DNA of 64,000 nucleotides from Macrostomum lignano (taxonomy: Eukaryota). Below the pieces are notes generated by a model. That model made no database searches and had not been told where the DNA came from. It saw only the letters and a program-made list of their open reading frames with translations. Below are positions 1 to 14,914 of the stretch, piece after piece. The position numbers and the translations under genes were made by a program. The stretch spans positions 1 to 64,000 of the forward strand of contig NIVC01003025.1 in the NCBI GenBank assembly GCA_002269645.1. The letters are read 5' to 3'. Each line of letters opens with the position of its first letter. Position 1 is the first letter of the stretch.

Positions 1-437
1 GAATAATATTATATTTTAGGCTTTTATTGTCATTTTAGTTGAATTTTATATAACTTTATTAAACTTTTCTACAATAGTAGCATTTATAGTATAATAATTA
101 AATTATTTCATTATAACAAAATAATAATGACTGTCACCTATTTCATTATAATGAATTAAATATACTTTTTTTCAATCTAGAGATTTAGATTATAAAATTT
201 CAATATAATAAAAGTACATAAAGTTTTAAGGTAACAAGTTGTCAAAGTATATATAAGCATATATAACACAGGCCTAGGATTTTAAAAATCTTAAGAAAAA
301 TAGGCAATAAGCACATTTGCTTATTTAACATAAAACAAAACTTTTTAGTTTCTTATACCAAAAATTTTGGCATTCTTCTCAAATCATTCCTTAAACAACT
401 TTTAATATTTTATGCATTTTTCTCCTCTTGAAAAGCT

Positions 438-1177
438 GATTTTAGCATGTTTGGACATCCCAAAGCTATTAAACAATAAAATTAACAACTTTGTTTTTCA
501 GTACTTTTTCCATCTTTAGCAATTCCTAATGATTCTTAATAATTCAAAAATCAAAGTTTTTTTATTTTGGATTGGTGTGAATTGGTACAATAAATGATAG
601 TGCTGCAGGATAGCCTCTTGGCATGCTGCTGATAGACTTAATGGTTAATGGTCCTAGCAAGAAACTTAGCAGCAAGAACATAAGTCTGAGTGCTCATACT
701 TCCCTTCAATCTAACCAACTCATCCCTTTGGGCCATAGACACTCTTAAGCATCAATGCCATATTAGACAACATGTATCATATTTTCCATTCTCCAAATAT
801 TTGTACTTTTTGTTCTGCAATTCAGTCTTGTACTTGTCTACTATGCTCTTCCCCACAGACAATTCCAACCATTAATTGGGACATTAGATATTTCAGCTAA
901 CCTATTTACTATGTTAGTTTAAATACAAGTTCAACTTGCACCTTAGGCCCTTCATTTCTTTTCTACCCTGCTCATCACTTATATTATTAGTTATTAGTTA
1001 ATTGTCAACTTTGACAACATAATTCCCACATTTTTGCACTAGTCTGAAATCAGAAACTTTAAACTTCAAATCGTTAGGAATTGTTAGGAATTGCTGAAGA
1101 TGGAAAAAAGTACTAGAAAACAAAGTTATTAATTTTACTGTTTTAGTAGCTTGGGGATGTCCAAACATGCTAAAATC
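438..1177. repeat. Long imperfect inverted repeat (MITE-like), arms 438-539 and 1074-1177
   Basis: gattttagcatgtttggacatcccaaagct...gcaattcctaa at 438-539 is the reverse complement, with scattered mismatches, of 1074-1177. No TSD identified. Confidence 0.65.
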
Positions 1178-3885
1178 ATAATGAAAATAGTTTTCAAGTT
1201 TTTAACAATTGTATAAAAATAATGTTTTTACAGCATGAAGTTTAGGGCCTATACCAAAGATTAAAGCAATCATGATATGTATACCAAATTTTGTGCTACT
1301 TTTTGTGACCCACTTCCCATTTGAATTTTTATTGAAAAAGTTATACAAGACCACCAAAAATGCCTAAATTTTTAAACTAGGTGGCCTAGGCTGAATTTAA
1401 AAAATTGGTAAGACAGTTCTTGCAAAAATCCATTACAGACATAAAACAGCACAAAATTAGTATTTAAATTTGATTTAGTATATGGATGGTCTAAGATACA
1501 AGGCGTACCTATGGCATACCTACCTAGTATACTATAGACTATAGTATAAAAGTTAACTTTAGTTCAAGACTAGGCCCTAGACAACTAGAGAATTGAAAAT
1601 CAACTTACATCGAAACACCACTACTTGATGCAATATCCATGACTTATGGTTAATACTTGATAAGTTACGCTTTCTTTGAAACAATAAATAACTCCTTACA
1701 GATTACACTGCAAACGGAATATATTGCACAATATATGCAAATCAGTGTCCGAATAAATCCGAAATCAGTTCGTTTTTACGTCTGTTAAACTTGTAAAGAT
1801 GCAAAATTAATTTTACAGATTAGTGAAGCTAGGAAAAATGCATTGAAATAATTTTTTAGAATAAATTTAGGATTAATTTACTTTTTTGTATTTTTTGTAA
1901 GATATAAGGTATTATAGATAGATTTATTTAAATGAGTACTTCACGGTTAAGGTTGCGAGCCTGCAATGAATGCAATGCAAACTAATTAATTTTTTTAGCT
2001 ACTTCACTGTCTAAATTTTGGAAACGAGTCTATCCCAATAAAATCTCTGAGAATAGTCGATTCTGTCGATGTGCAGAACTTTCGCGAAGGTTACTACATG
2101 CTGACGTAAAATACCTTAACCTGGGGGAGTACTTCGAGCTAGGGAAGCGCAAAACCCATCTGGACGATATAAAGCTACTGCGTCGACACAAAGGTCATGC
2201 ATGGGTCATTGGTCATAGCAAACGTTCAGTCGTGCATCAGATTAAAGGAAATTCAAGTCCAAAATATATATACTTTTTCTTGATTGATTTTGTCAAATAT
2301 ATCATGCATGTACAGGTATATATGACCAAGATGAAACTGGCGTTCTCGATGACAGAAGCCATGATGACATGCATTATAGCTGCATAAATGTATGTACATG
2401 TATTAAGAATGAAGATCACCAGCTAAATACATGTAAATTAATGTGGGTTACACATGTGAACTTCGACGAGCAATGGCCTCGGTGGGAAAAATTCGCGCGG
2501 ACCATGCAACTTCGGCGGGCAAACTCCGCGCAGACAATTTTATATATCGACCCTAAAATAGCCAGCATCTGTGCATATATGTATGGCTCATTGGGAAAAG
2601 CAGTACATGTACGTGGATGAATCCTCTGTGCTCCGACCTTTACTGCATGTAGCCGTAGGTATGTTGATGATACCTAGATTTTTTATTTGGCTAGCAATCA
2701 TGCAGAGTGGATTTATCCAAGTCATTACCCTTACTCACCCGAACTGTTCACTGTTGACGGGTTTGATTGTGCCTAGACATTGTTAGCGCTAAAGGTGTAT
2801 CGCAAACACATTTTTCACTGCGGTGTTCCCGCGCTGGTGGTAAACGGGTCTGATTGGCTACACTTTGCACAGCGTTTAATATCTGCAAATACCTGGCAAT
2901 CCCTTTACCAAGAATTGATCGATTCACCTCATTGATAATTTTCAACAGAATGCTTATCCTGGAAGTTTCCTTGCTAAAGTGTTTAATGGCTTTCTGACAA
3001 AGAAAATGATCCCCCCCCAATAAGTGTATCAGATTTGACGAATCTAAGGTGTCTAACTCTACACATGTATAACTAATGAGTTGATCAAATTCCAATTCAT
3101 TGGTGCTCAATCTCTGATTCTTGAAAAAAGGCTTAAAAGAACTTTCTTGAAGTACTTGAACTCTCAAATCTTGGTTGCGTTTCAGCCAGTCCGCTAAAAT
3201 CGGTCAGTTTATTTTGTTAGCAGGTTGGAAGCGAAGGTCCCTAAAGCTGGTGTCGTGCATAAATTTTGTTGCTATCTTGATCCGGGCAATTTCTACATGG
3301 AAAAACCAAAAGACACTAGGCCTAGGGAGCACACCTGGCTAGTCGCACCCGACTAAGCTGTTCACTATTCCGGATAAGTGTAGGTTTGACGGCATAACTC
3401 AGAATTCTGAAAGCTTTGCACATGAAGCTCCACAGACCTACCACTATAAATGTTGGTGGTGTCCTTCAATCTTTTACAATATAATAAAAAACAAACGCTA
3501 TGAAAACTAGGTCTGAAAACACAGAAAATGATTTGCTAAACTAAGGAAAATAATAAAAGCTAAAAAATGAACGAATGAATTATTGACTAATACTGCACTA
3601 AAAACAAAAAGTAAATAAATTTCAGTACATGTTATTTCTTTCTACCTGGTAAGACATGTAAAACTTAGCAAAAAGTCATCAGACATCTGTCCTATTCTGT
3701 CCTAGCTTGTTTAACTGCAGTGCAGGATACTTCTATAACAAATATCATACGGGAAAATCTGTGAAAATGCAAAAACAAAGCATTTTTATTGAAGTAGAAG
3801 GTACATGTACTCGTAGATTGTCGTCCAATCAGCAAGCTTTGTCAGTTAAAACACTTCGAATTAGCTGTGGATACGGTTATGAAGC

Positions 3886-3922
3886 CAGAGACAGACAGCC
3901 AGCCAGAGACAGACAGACAGCC

Positions 3923-3995
<73 letters not shown>

Positions 3996-4012
3996 TACAT
4001 ACAGCCAGACAG

Positions 4013-4055
<43 letters not shown>

Positions 4056-4102
4056 CTAAGACAGACACTAAGACAGACAGACAGACAGACAGACAGACAC
4101 TA

Positions 4103-4135
<33 letters not shown>

Positions 4136-4138
4136 CTA

Positions 4139-4175
<37 letters not shown>

Positions 4176-4178
4176 CTA

Positions 4179-4267
<89 letters not shown>

Positions 4268-4268
4268 C

Positions 4269-4332
<64 letters not shown>
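3886..4332. repeat. (AGAC)n microsatellite with occasional ACTA interruptions, downstream of the CDF stop codon
   Basis: Direct reading; explains the spurious QTDR/SVCL ORFs. Confidence 0.97.
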
Positions 4333-4333
<1 letters not shown>

Positions 4334-4428
4334 AATAGGCAGTTCAGATACGAATACACAGTAAATCTGTTGCAAGATTTCCCGTCAAAGATCATACAAA
4401 AATGTAATCTGGGTCACTAGCGGCCTTG

Positions 4429-4997
4429 TCACACCTGCTTGTGCTCAGTGCTGGGGTGGTGCATGAACTCGTAATCCACGTGAACAAACGCCCGTTCTAC
4501 ACCGCCCAAGCGCTCCAGTTTGCGCTGCAGACTCTCGCCTATATCGTGCGCCTCGCGCAGGGCTAAATCACCTGGCACAACAATGTCCACCTCAACCAGA
4601 TAGTTGTTGCCAATGTGAAATGCTCGCACGGTTTCCAGCTGCTGGATCAGTGGGTGATGATTGACGCAGATAAAGATAATCTGCTTCAGGTATTCAGAAT
4701 CGGCCGTGTACCCCGTTAGCAGCCGGATCTGCTGCTTCAGCGTCTCCGCCCAGGTGTAAATAATATAGACACTGATGGCCAGAGCTCCAATCGCGTCGAA
4801 GTAGGGCCAGACATAGGCCGACAGCACCGTCATGATGAGCACGGTGGCGTTGGATACGCAGTCGTTGCGATGGTCCAGAGCCAGGGCCCCAGTGCTTGAT
4901 GTAGTGCCAAGCCTGTGGCACAGAATGAATAGAAACAGCTTGAGAATGATCACGGATCCGATCAGCCCGAACACGGAGCCCCAGCTGGTGCCATAGT
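4429..4997 (-). CDS. Mn-CDF/MTP-type cation efflux transporter, exon 4 (last)
   Basis: ttttgcag acceptor, phase 1. Encodes the TM5 motif ALDHRND and the C-terminal dimerisation domain (AHDIGESLQRKLE...ERAFVHVDYE). TGA at 4431-4429. The 5' boundary has an alternative at 4984. Confidence 0.88.
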
Positions 4998-5039
4998 CTG
5001 CAAAATGCAAAGGACCATTCGCTTAGAAACGGGTCGATG

Positions 5040-8000
5040 GGACACAGACCATCTACCGTGAGACACACGGACCATCTACCATAAGACACACGGACCATCT
5101 ACCATGAGACACACGAATAATCTACCATGAGACACACGGATAATCTACCATGAGACACACGGATAATCTACCATGAGACACACGGATAATCTACCATGAG
5201 ACACACGGATAATCTACCATGAGACACACGGGGACCATCTATCATGAGACACACGGATAATCTACCATACGACACACGGACCATCTATCATGAGACACAC
5301 GGATAATCTACCATGAGACACACGGACCATCTACCATGAGACACACGGACCATCTACCATGAGACACACGGGGACCATCTACCATGAGACACACGGATAA
5401 TCTACCAGGAGACACACGGACCATCTACCGTGAGACACACGGATAATCTACCATGAGACACACGGGGACCATCTACCATGAGACACACGGATAATCTACC
5501 ATGAGACACACGGACCATCTACCATGAGACACACGGATAATCTACCATGAGACACACGGGGACCATCTACCATGAGACACACGGATAATCTACCATGAGA
5601 CACACGGACCATCTACCATGAGACACACGGGGACCATCTACCATGAGACACACGGATAATCTACCATGAGACACACGGATAATCTACCATTAGACACACG
5701 GACAATCTACCATGAGACACACGGATAATCTACCATGAGACACACGGACCATCTACCATGAGACACACGGATAATCTACCATGAGACACACGGATAATCT
5801 ACCATGAGACACACGGATAATCTACCATGAGACACACGGACCATCTACCATGAGACACACGGATAATCTACCATAAGACACACGGAGACCATCTACCATG
5901 AGACACACGAATAATCTACCATGAGACACACGGGGACCATCTACCATGAGACACACGGACCATCTACCATGAGACACACGGACCATCTACCATGAGACAC
6001 ACGGGGACCATCTACCATGAGACACACGGATAATCTACCATGAGACACACGGATAATCTACCATGAGACACACGGACCATCTACCATGAGACACACGGAT
6101 AATCTACCATGAGACACACGGACCATCTACCATGAGACACACGGATAATCTACCATGAGACACACGGATAATCTACCATGAGACACACGGACCATCTATC
6201 ATGAGACACACGGACCATCTACCATGAGACACACGGATAATCTACCATGAGACACACGGACCATCTACCATGAGACACACGGGACCATCTACCATGAGAC
6301 ACACGGATAATCTACCATGAGACACACGGATAATCTACCATGAGACACACGGACCATCTACCATGAGACACACGGATAATCTACCATGAGACACACGGGG
6401 ACCATCTACCATGAGACACACGGATAATCTACCATGAGACGCACGGACCATCTACCATGAGACACACGGATAATCTACCATGAGACACACGGGGACCATC
6501 TACCATGAGACACACGGATAATCTACCATGAGACACACGGACCATCTACCATGAGACACACGGGGACCATCTATCATGAGACACACGGATAATCTACCAT
6601 ACGACACACGGGGACCATCTACCATGAGACACACGGATAATCTACCATGAGACACACGGATAATCTACCATGAGACACACGGATAATCTACCATGAGACA
6701 CACGGATAATCTACCATGAGACACACGGACCATCTATCATGAGACACACGGACCATCTACCATGAGACACACGGATAATCTACCATGAGACACACGGACC
6801 ATCTACCATGAGACACACGGGGACCATCTATCATGAGACACACGGATAATCTACCAGGAGACACACGGACCATCTATCATGAGACACACGGACCATCTAC
6901 CATGAGACACACGGATAATCTACCATGAGACACACGGACCATCTACCATGAGACACACGGGGACCATCTACCATGAGACACACGGATAATCTACCATGAG
7001 ACACACGGATAATCTACCATGAGACACACGGACCATCTACCATGAGACACACGGATAATCTACCATGAGACACACGGGGACCATCTACCATGAGACACAC
7101 GGATAATCTACCATGAGACACACGGGACCATCTACCATGAGACACACGGATAATCTACCATGAGACACACGGACCATCTACCATGAGACACACGGGGACC
7201 ATCTATCATGAGACACACGGATAATCTACCATACGACACACGGGGACCATCTACCATGAGACACACGGATAATCTACCATGAGACACACGGATAATCTAC
7301 CATGAGACACACGGATAATCTACCATGAGACACACGGATAATCTACCATGAGACACACGGACCATCTATCATGAGACACACGGACCATCTACCATGAGAC
7401 ACACGGATAATCTACCATGAGACACACGGACCATCTACCATGAGACACACGGGGACCATCTATCATGAGACACACGGATAATCTACCAGGAGACACACGG
7501 ACCATCTACCGTGAGACACACGGATAATCTACCATGAGACACACGGGGACCATCTACCATGAAACACGGATAATCTACCATGAGACACACGGACCATCTA
7601 CCATGAGACACACGGATAATCTACCATGAGACACACGGGACCATCTACCATGAGACACACGGATAATCTACCATGAGACACACGGACCATCTACCATGAG
7701 ACACACGGGACCATCTACCATGAGACACACGGATAATCTACCATGAGACACACGGATAATCTACCATGAGACACACGGACCATCTACCATGAGACACACG
7801 GATAATCTACCATGAGACACACGGGGACCATCTATCATGAGACACACGGATAATCTACCATACGACACACGGGGACCATCTACCATGAGACACACGGATA
7901 ATCTACCATGAGACACACGGATAATCTACCATGAGACACACGGATAATCTACCATGAGACACACGGATAATCTACCATGAGACACACGGACCATCTATCA

Positions 8001-11000
8001 TGAGACACACGGACCATCTACCATGAGACACACGGATAATCTACCATGAGACACACGGACCATCTACCATGAGACACACGGGGACCATCTATCATGAGAC
8101 ACACGGATAATCTACCAGGAGACACACGGACCATCTACCGTGAGACACACGGATAATCTACCATGAGACACACGGGACCATCTACCATGAAAAACACGGA
8201 TAATCTACCATGAGACACACGGACCATCTACCATGAGACACACGGATAATCTACCATGAGACACACGGGGACCATCTACCATGAGACACACGGATAATCT
8301 ACCATGAGACACACGGACCATCTACCATGAGACACACGGACCATCTACCATGAGACACACGGATAATCTACCATGAGACACACGGATAATCTACCATGAG
8401 ACACACGGACCATCTACCATGAGACACACGGATAATCTACCATGAGACACACGGGGACCATCTACCATGAGACACACGGATAATCTACCATGAGACACAC
8501 GGACCATCTACCATGAGACACACATGGACCATCTACCATGAGACACACGGATAATCTACCATGAGACACACGGACCATCTACCATGAGACACACGGATAA
8601 TCTACCATGAGACACACGGACCATCTACCATGAGACACACGGATAATCTACCATGAGACACACGGATAATCTACCATGAGACACACGGATAATCTACCAT
8701 GAGACACACGGACCATCTACCATGAGACACACGGGACCATCTACCATGAGACACACGGATAATCTACCATGAGACACACGGATAATCTACCATGAGACAC
8801 ACGGACCATCTACCATGAGACACACGGATAATCTACCATGAGACACACGGGACCATCTACCATGAGACACACGGATAATCTACCATGAGACGCACGGACC
8901 ATCTACCATGAGACACACGGATAATCTACCATGAGACACACGGGGACCATCTACCATGAGACACACGGATAATCTACCATGAGACACACGGACCATCTAC
9001 CATGAGACACACGGGGACCATCTATCATGAGACACACGGATAATCTACCATACGACACACGGGGACCATCTACCATGAGACACACGGATAATCTACCATG
9101 AGACACACGGATAATCTACCATGAGACACACGGATAATCTACCATGAGACACACGGATAATCTACCATGAGACACACGGACCATCTATCATGAGACACAC
9201 GGACCATCTACCATGAGACACACGGATAATCTACCATGAGACACACGGACCATCTACCATGAGACACACGGGGACCATCTATCATGAGACACACGGATAA
9301 TCTACCAGGAGACACACGGACCATCTATCATGAGACACACGGACCATCTACCATGAGACACACGGATAATCTACCATGAGACACACGGACCATCTACCAT
9401 GAGACACACGGGGACCATCTACCATGAGACACACGGATAATCTACCATGAGACACACGGATAATCTACCATGAGACACACGGACCATCTACCATGAGACA
9501 CACGGATAATCTACCATGAGACACACGGGGACCATCTACCATGAGACACACGGATAATCTACCATGAGACACACGGGACCATCTACCATGAGACACACGG
9601 ATAATCTACCATGAGACACACGGACCATCTACCATGAGACACACGGGGACCATCTATCATGAGACACACGGATAATCTACCATACGACACACGGGGACCA
9701 TCTACCATGAGACACACGGATAATCTACCATGAGACACACGGATAATCTACCATGAGACACAGGGATAATCTACCATGAGACACACGGATAATCTACCAT
9801 GAGACACACGGACCATCTATCATGAGACACACGGACCATCTACCATGAGACACACGGATAATCTACCATGAGACACACGGACCATCTACCATGAGACACA
9901 CGGGGACCATCTATCATGAGACACACGGATAATCTACCAGGAGACACACGGACCATCTACCGTGAGACACACGGATAATCTACCATGAGACACACGGGGA
10001 CCATCTACCATGAGACACACGGATAATCTACCATGAGACACATGGACCATCTACTATGAGACACACGGATAATCTACCATGAGACACACGGGGACCATCT
10101 ACCATGAGACACACGGATAATCTACCATGAGACACACGGACCATCTACCATGAGACACACGGGGACCATCTACCATGAGACACACGGATAATCTACCATG
10201 AGACACACGGATAATCTACCATGAGACACACGGACCATCTACCATGAGACACACGGATAATCTACCATGAGACACACGGGGACCATCTACCATGAGACAC
10301 ACGGATAATCTACCATGAGACACACGGATAATCTACCAAGAGACACACGGATAATCTACCATGAGACACACGGACCATCTACCATGAGACACACGGATAA
10401 TCTACCATGAGACACACGGGGACCATCTACCATGAGACACACGGATAATCTACCATGAGACACACGGATAATCTACCATGAGACACACGGATAATCTACC
10501 ATGAGACACACGGACCATCTACCATGAGACACATGGACCATCTACCATGAGACACACATGGACCATCTACCATGAGACACACGGATAATCTACCATGAGA
10601 CACACGGACCATCTACCATGAGACACACGGATAATCTACCATGAGACACACGGACCATCTACCATGAGACACACGGATAATCTACCATGAGACACACGGA
10701 TAATCTACCATGAGACACACGGATAATCTACCATGAGACACACGGACCATCTACCATGAGACACACGGACCATCTACCATGAGACACACGGATAATCTAC
10801 CATGAGACACACGGATAATCTACCATGAGACACACGGACCATCTACCATGAGACACACGGACCATCTACCATGAGACACACGGACCATCTACCATGAGAC
10901 ACACGGACCATCTACCATGAGACACACGGATAATCTACCATGAGACACACGGATAATCTACCATGAGACACATGGACCATCTACCATGAGACACACATGG

Positions 11001-12050
11001 ACCATCTACCATGAGACACACGGATAATCTACCATGAGACACACGGACCATCTACCATGAGACACACGGATAATCTACCATGAGACACACGGACCATCTA
11101 CCATGAGACACACGGATAATCTACCATGAGACACACGGATAATCTACCATGAGACACACGGATAATCTACCATGAGACACACGGGGACCATCTACCATGA
11201 GACACACGGATAATCTACCATGAGACACACGGATAATCTACCAAGAGACACACGGATAATCTACCATGAGACACACGGACCATCTACCATGAGACACACG
11301 GATAATCTACCATGAGACACACGGACCATCTACCATGAGACACACGGATAATCTACCATGAGACACACGGATAATCTACCATGAGACACACGGATAATCT
11401 ACCATGAGACACACGGACCATCTACCATGAGACACATGGACCATCTACCATGAGACACACATGGACCATCTACCATGAGACACACGGATAATCTACCATG
11501 AGACACACGGACCATCTACCATGAGACACACGGATAATCTACCATGAGACACACGGACCATCTACCATGAGACACACGGATAATCTACCATGAGACACAC
11601 GGATAATCTACCATGAGACACACGGGGACCATCTACCATGAGACACACGGATAATCTACCATGAGACACACGGATAATCTACCATGAGACACACGGATAA
11701 TCTACCATGAGACACACGGACCATCTACCATGAGACACACGGACCATCTACCATGAGACACACGGATAATCTACCATGAGACACACGGGGACCATCTACC
11801 ATGAGACACACGGATAATCTACCATGAGACACACGGATAATCTACCATGAGACACACGGATAATCTACCATGAGACACACGGACCATCTACCATGAGACA
11901 CACGGACCATCTACCATGAGACACACGGACCATCTACCGTGAGACACACGGATAATCTACCATGAGACACACGGACCATCTACCATGAGACACACGGATA
12001 ATCTACCATGAGACACACGGACCATCTACCATGAGACACACGGACCATCT
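5040..12050. repeat. 23/25-bp satellite (GAGACACACGGATAATCTACCAT and GACC/GGGGACC variants), about 7 kb, filling CDF intron 3
   Basis: Direct reading of the tandem units. Confidence 0.97.
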
Positions 12051-12162
12051 AACAAAAACAAGAACTATTCACGAAAAGACACATCTGGACAACGTGAGAC
12101 ACACTAGTCGCTTCCGTAAGACAGTTCTAGAAAATATGCAGGCGTACAAGTCAGCGACCTAC

Positions 12163-12643
12163 CACCGTGGCCCGCTGCCAGTCCGGAGACGAACACGGAA
12201 CCATTAGCATCATTGTCGCATAAACAGAAACTGGCATTGCTGGCTACAGTCTTAGTGTCCATGGCCATATTGACAATAGACTCGATAGCTTTAATAATAA
12301 TCTGAATTGTAGACGTGGACATGATAACGGCCAGAATGACAATAGCGATGGGTTCCAGGCGAGTCTTGCCCTGCGGATAATAATAAGGATTCCGGGATTT
12401 CACCTGCCGATTAGCGATCCAAACAACGATACCGCTGACTAGATCAATTAGCGAATCAATTAGCGAAGAGACAACAGATAATGAGCCGGACAGAGCGATG
12501 GCGGTGCCTTTGATGATAGCCAATGCTAAGTTGATAAAAAATGACAACTGGGCAAGCCGAATGGAGCACCTCGTGTCCGACTCTTCAATATCGACTGCGT
12601 CCGGGTCGCCGCCGTTTTCACCTCTCACTGGTGGGTCATCGGC
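12163..12643 (-). CDS. Mn-CDF/MTP-type transporter, exon 3
   Basis: cctcaag|GCC acceptor, phase 0. Encodes TM1-TM3 with SLIDSLIDLVS (DxxxD) and YPQGKTRLEPIAIV. Donor G|GTAGGT at 12162 is in phase with exon 4; an alternative donor lies at 12104. Confidence 0.85.
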
Positions 12644-12669
12644 CTTGAGGATGAGAGTAGGGGATTATT

Positions 12670-13980
12670 GATTCAGGCTGATTGTCAGTGCGGATTCAGG
12701 TTGATTGTCAGGGCGGATTTAGGCTGATTGTCAGGGCGGATTCAGGCTGAATGTCAGTGCGGATTCAGGCTGAATGTCAGGGCGAATTCAGGCTGAATGT
12801 CAGTGCGGATTCAGGCTGAATGTCAGGGCGGATTCAGGCTGAATGTCAGTGCGGATTCAGACTGATTGTCAGTGCGGATTCAGACTGAATGTCAGTGCGG
12901 ATTCAGGCTGAATGTCAGGGCGAATTCAGGCTGAATGTCAGTGCGGATTCAGACTGATTGTCAGTGCGGATTCAGACTGAATGTCAGTGCGGATTCAGAC
13001 TGATTGTCAGTGCGGATTCAGACTGAATGTCAGTGCGGATTCAGACTGATTGTCAGTGCGGATTCAGACTGAATGTCAGTGCGGATTCAGACTGATTGTC
13101 AGGGCGGAATTGGGCTGATTGTCAGGGCGGATTCAGGCTCAGGATGATTGTCAGTGCGGATTCAGACTTATTGTCAGTGCGGATTCAGACTGATTGTCAG
13201 GGCGGATTCAGGCTGAATGTCAGGGCGGATTCAGGCTGATTGTCAGTGCGGATTCAGGCTGAATGTCAGGGCGGATTCAGGCTGATTGTCAGTGCGGATT
13301 CAGGCTGAATGTCAGGGCGGATTCAGGCTGATTGTCAGTGCGGATTCAGGTTGATTGTCAGGGCGGATTCAGGCTGATTGTCAGTGCGGATTCAGGCTGA
13401 ATGTCAGGGCGGATTCAGGCTGATTGTCAGTGCGGATTCAGACTGATTGTCAGGGCGGATTCAGGCTGATTGTCAGTGCGGATTCAGGTTGATTGTCAGG
13501 GCGGATTCAGGCTGATTGTCAGGGCGGATTCAGGCTGATTGTCAGTGCGGATTCAGGTTGATTGTCAGGGCGGATTCAGGCTGATTGTCAGTGCGGATTC
13601 AGACTGATTGTCAGGGCGGATTCAGGCTGATTGTCAGTGCGGATTCAGGTTGATTGTCAGGGCGGATTCAGGCTGATTGTCAGTGCGGATTCAGACTGAT
13701 TGTCAGGGCGGATTCAGGCTGATTGTCAGTGCGGATTCAGGTTGATTGTCAGGGCGGATTCAGGCTGATTGTCAGTGCGGATTCAGACTGATTTTTAGGG
13801 CGGATTCAGGCTGATTGTCAGGGCGGATTCAGGCTGATTGTCCGGGCGGATTCAGGCTGATTGTCCGGGCGGATTCAGGCTGATTGTCCGGGCGGATTCA
13901 GGCTGATTGTCAGGGCGGATTCAGGCTGATTGTCAGGGCGGATTCAGGCTGATTGTCCGGGCGGAATTGGGCTGATTGTC
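12670..13980. repeat. 23-bp satellite (CAGGGCGGATTCAGGCTGATTGT) filling CDF intron 2
   Basis: Direct reading of the tandem units. Confidence 0.96.
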
Positions 13981-14061
13981 AGGAAGCTTCCATAATAACA
14001 TCCAGAGTTTGCAGAAAGTTTCAGGAGGTTCGCAACGTTACAGTTTCGTTCCACAACTTAC

Positions 14062-14205
14062 CTGAACAATATCATTGTAGATCCTCTGATAGGTGTCAAT
14101 CATCCGGTCTTGCTGCTTGTAGAACTTGCGCACCCGCCGGTCCATCTGGGCTGTGTCTACGTCACCGCCGCCTGTGCTGACTCTGCGCAGCTTATCCGAA
14201 AACAG
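14062..14205 (-). CDS. Mn-CDF/MTP-type transporter, exon 2
   Basis: ctcag|CTG acceptor and CAG|GTAAGT donor, both phase 0. RRVRKFYKQQDRMIDTY resembles the pre-TM1 helix of Mn-CDF proteins. Confidence 0.85.
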
Positions 14206-14249
14206 CTGAGTGCAACCGAGAGAAAATAAAGCAGTTGGTCTGATATCCG

Positions 14250-14804
14250 GCCTACCAAGCAGTCTGCTACCACACAATCTACCAATCACTCAACTACCAC
14301 ACAATCTACTAATCAGTCTGCTACCACACAATCTACCAATCACTCAACTACCACACAATCTACCAATCACTCAACTACCACACAATCTACCAAGCAGTCT
14401 GCTACCACACAATCTACCAATCACTCAACTACCACACAATCTACCAATCACTCAACTACCACACAATCTACCAATCACTCAACTACCACACAATCTACCA
14501 ATCAGTCTGCTACCACACAATCTACCAATCAGTCTGCTACCACACAATCTACCAATCAGTCTGCTACCACACAATCTACCAATCACTCAACTACCACACA
14601 ATCTATTAATCACTCAACTACCACAAAATCTACCAATCACTCAACTACCACACAATCTACCAATCAGTCTGCTACCACACAATCTACCAATCAGTCTGCT
14701 ACCACACAATCTACCAATCACTCAACTACCACACAATCTACCAATCACTCAACTACCACAAAATCTACCAATCACTCAACTACCACACAATCTACCAATC
14801 AGTC
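14250..14804. repeat. 27-bp satellite (CTACCACACAATCTACCAATCACTCAA), left part
   Basis: Tandem units; the array resumes at 29207 after the inserted element. Confidence 0.96.
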
Positions 14805-14914
14805 CCCTCTGGTAAATAAACCAGATAACACCACAAGATAATTTGCAAATCTTGTCAGATTCACTACCGATTTCCTTGTTTGAGTTGCGAAACTGGTGAA
14901 ACCACCAGATTCGT

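Noticed and set aside
2748-3167. 139-aa minus-strand ORF and nearby coding-like patches (2000-2790)
   Set aside because: No recognisable domain, splice structure or element ends; possibly decayed TE sequence but unsupported.
3707-4420. Long ORFs in the track (QTDR/SVCL here; also 14210-14815, 29065-29842, 44888-45994, 56248-56550, 62390-63038)
   Set aside because: They are translations of stop-free satellite units, not genes.
5040-12050. Regular short-period arrays here and elsewhere as possible CRISPR arrays
   Set aside because: Units are head-to-tail with no unique spacers, there are no cas genes, and the context is eukaryotic.
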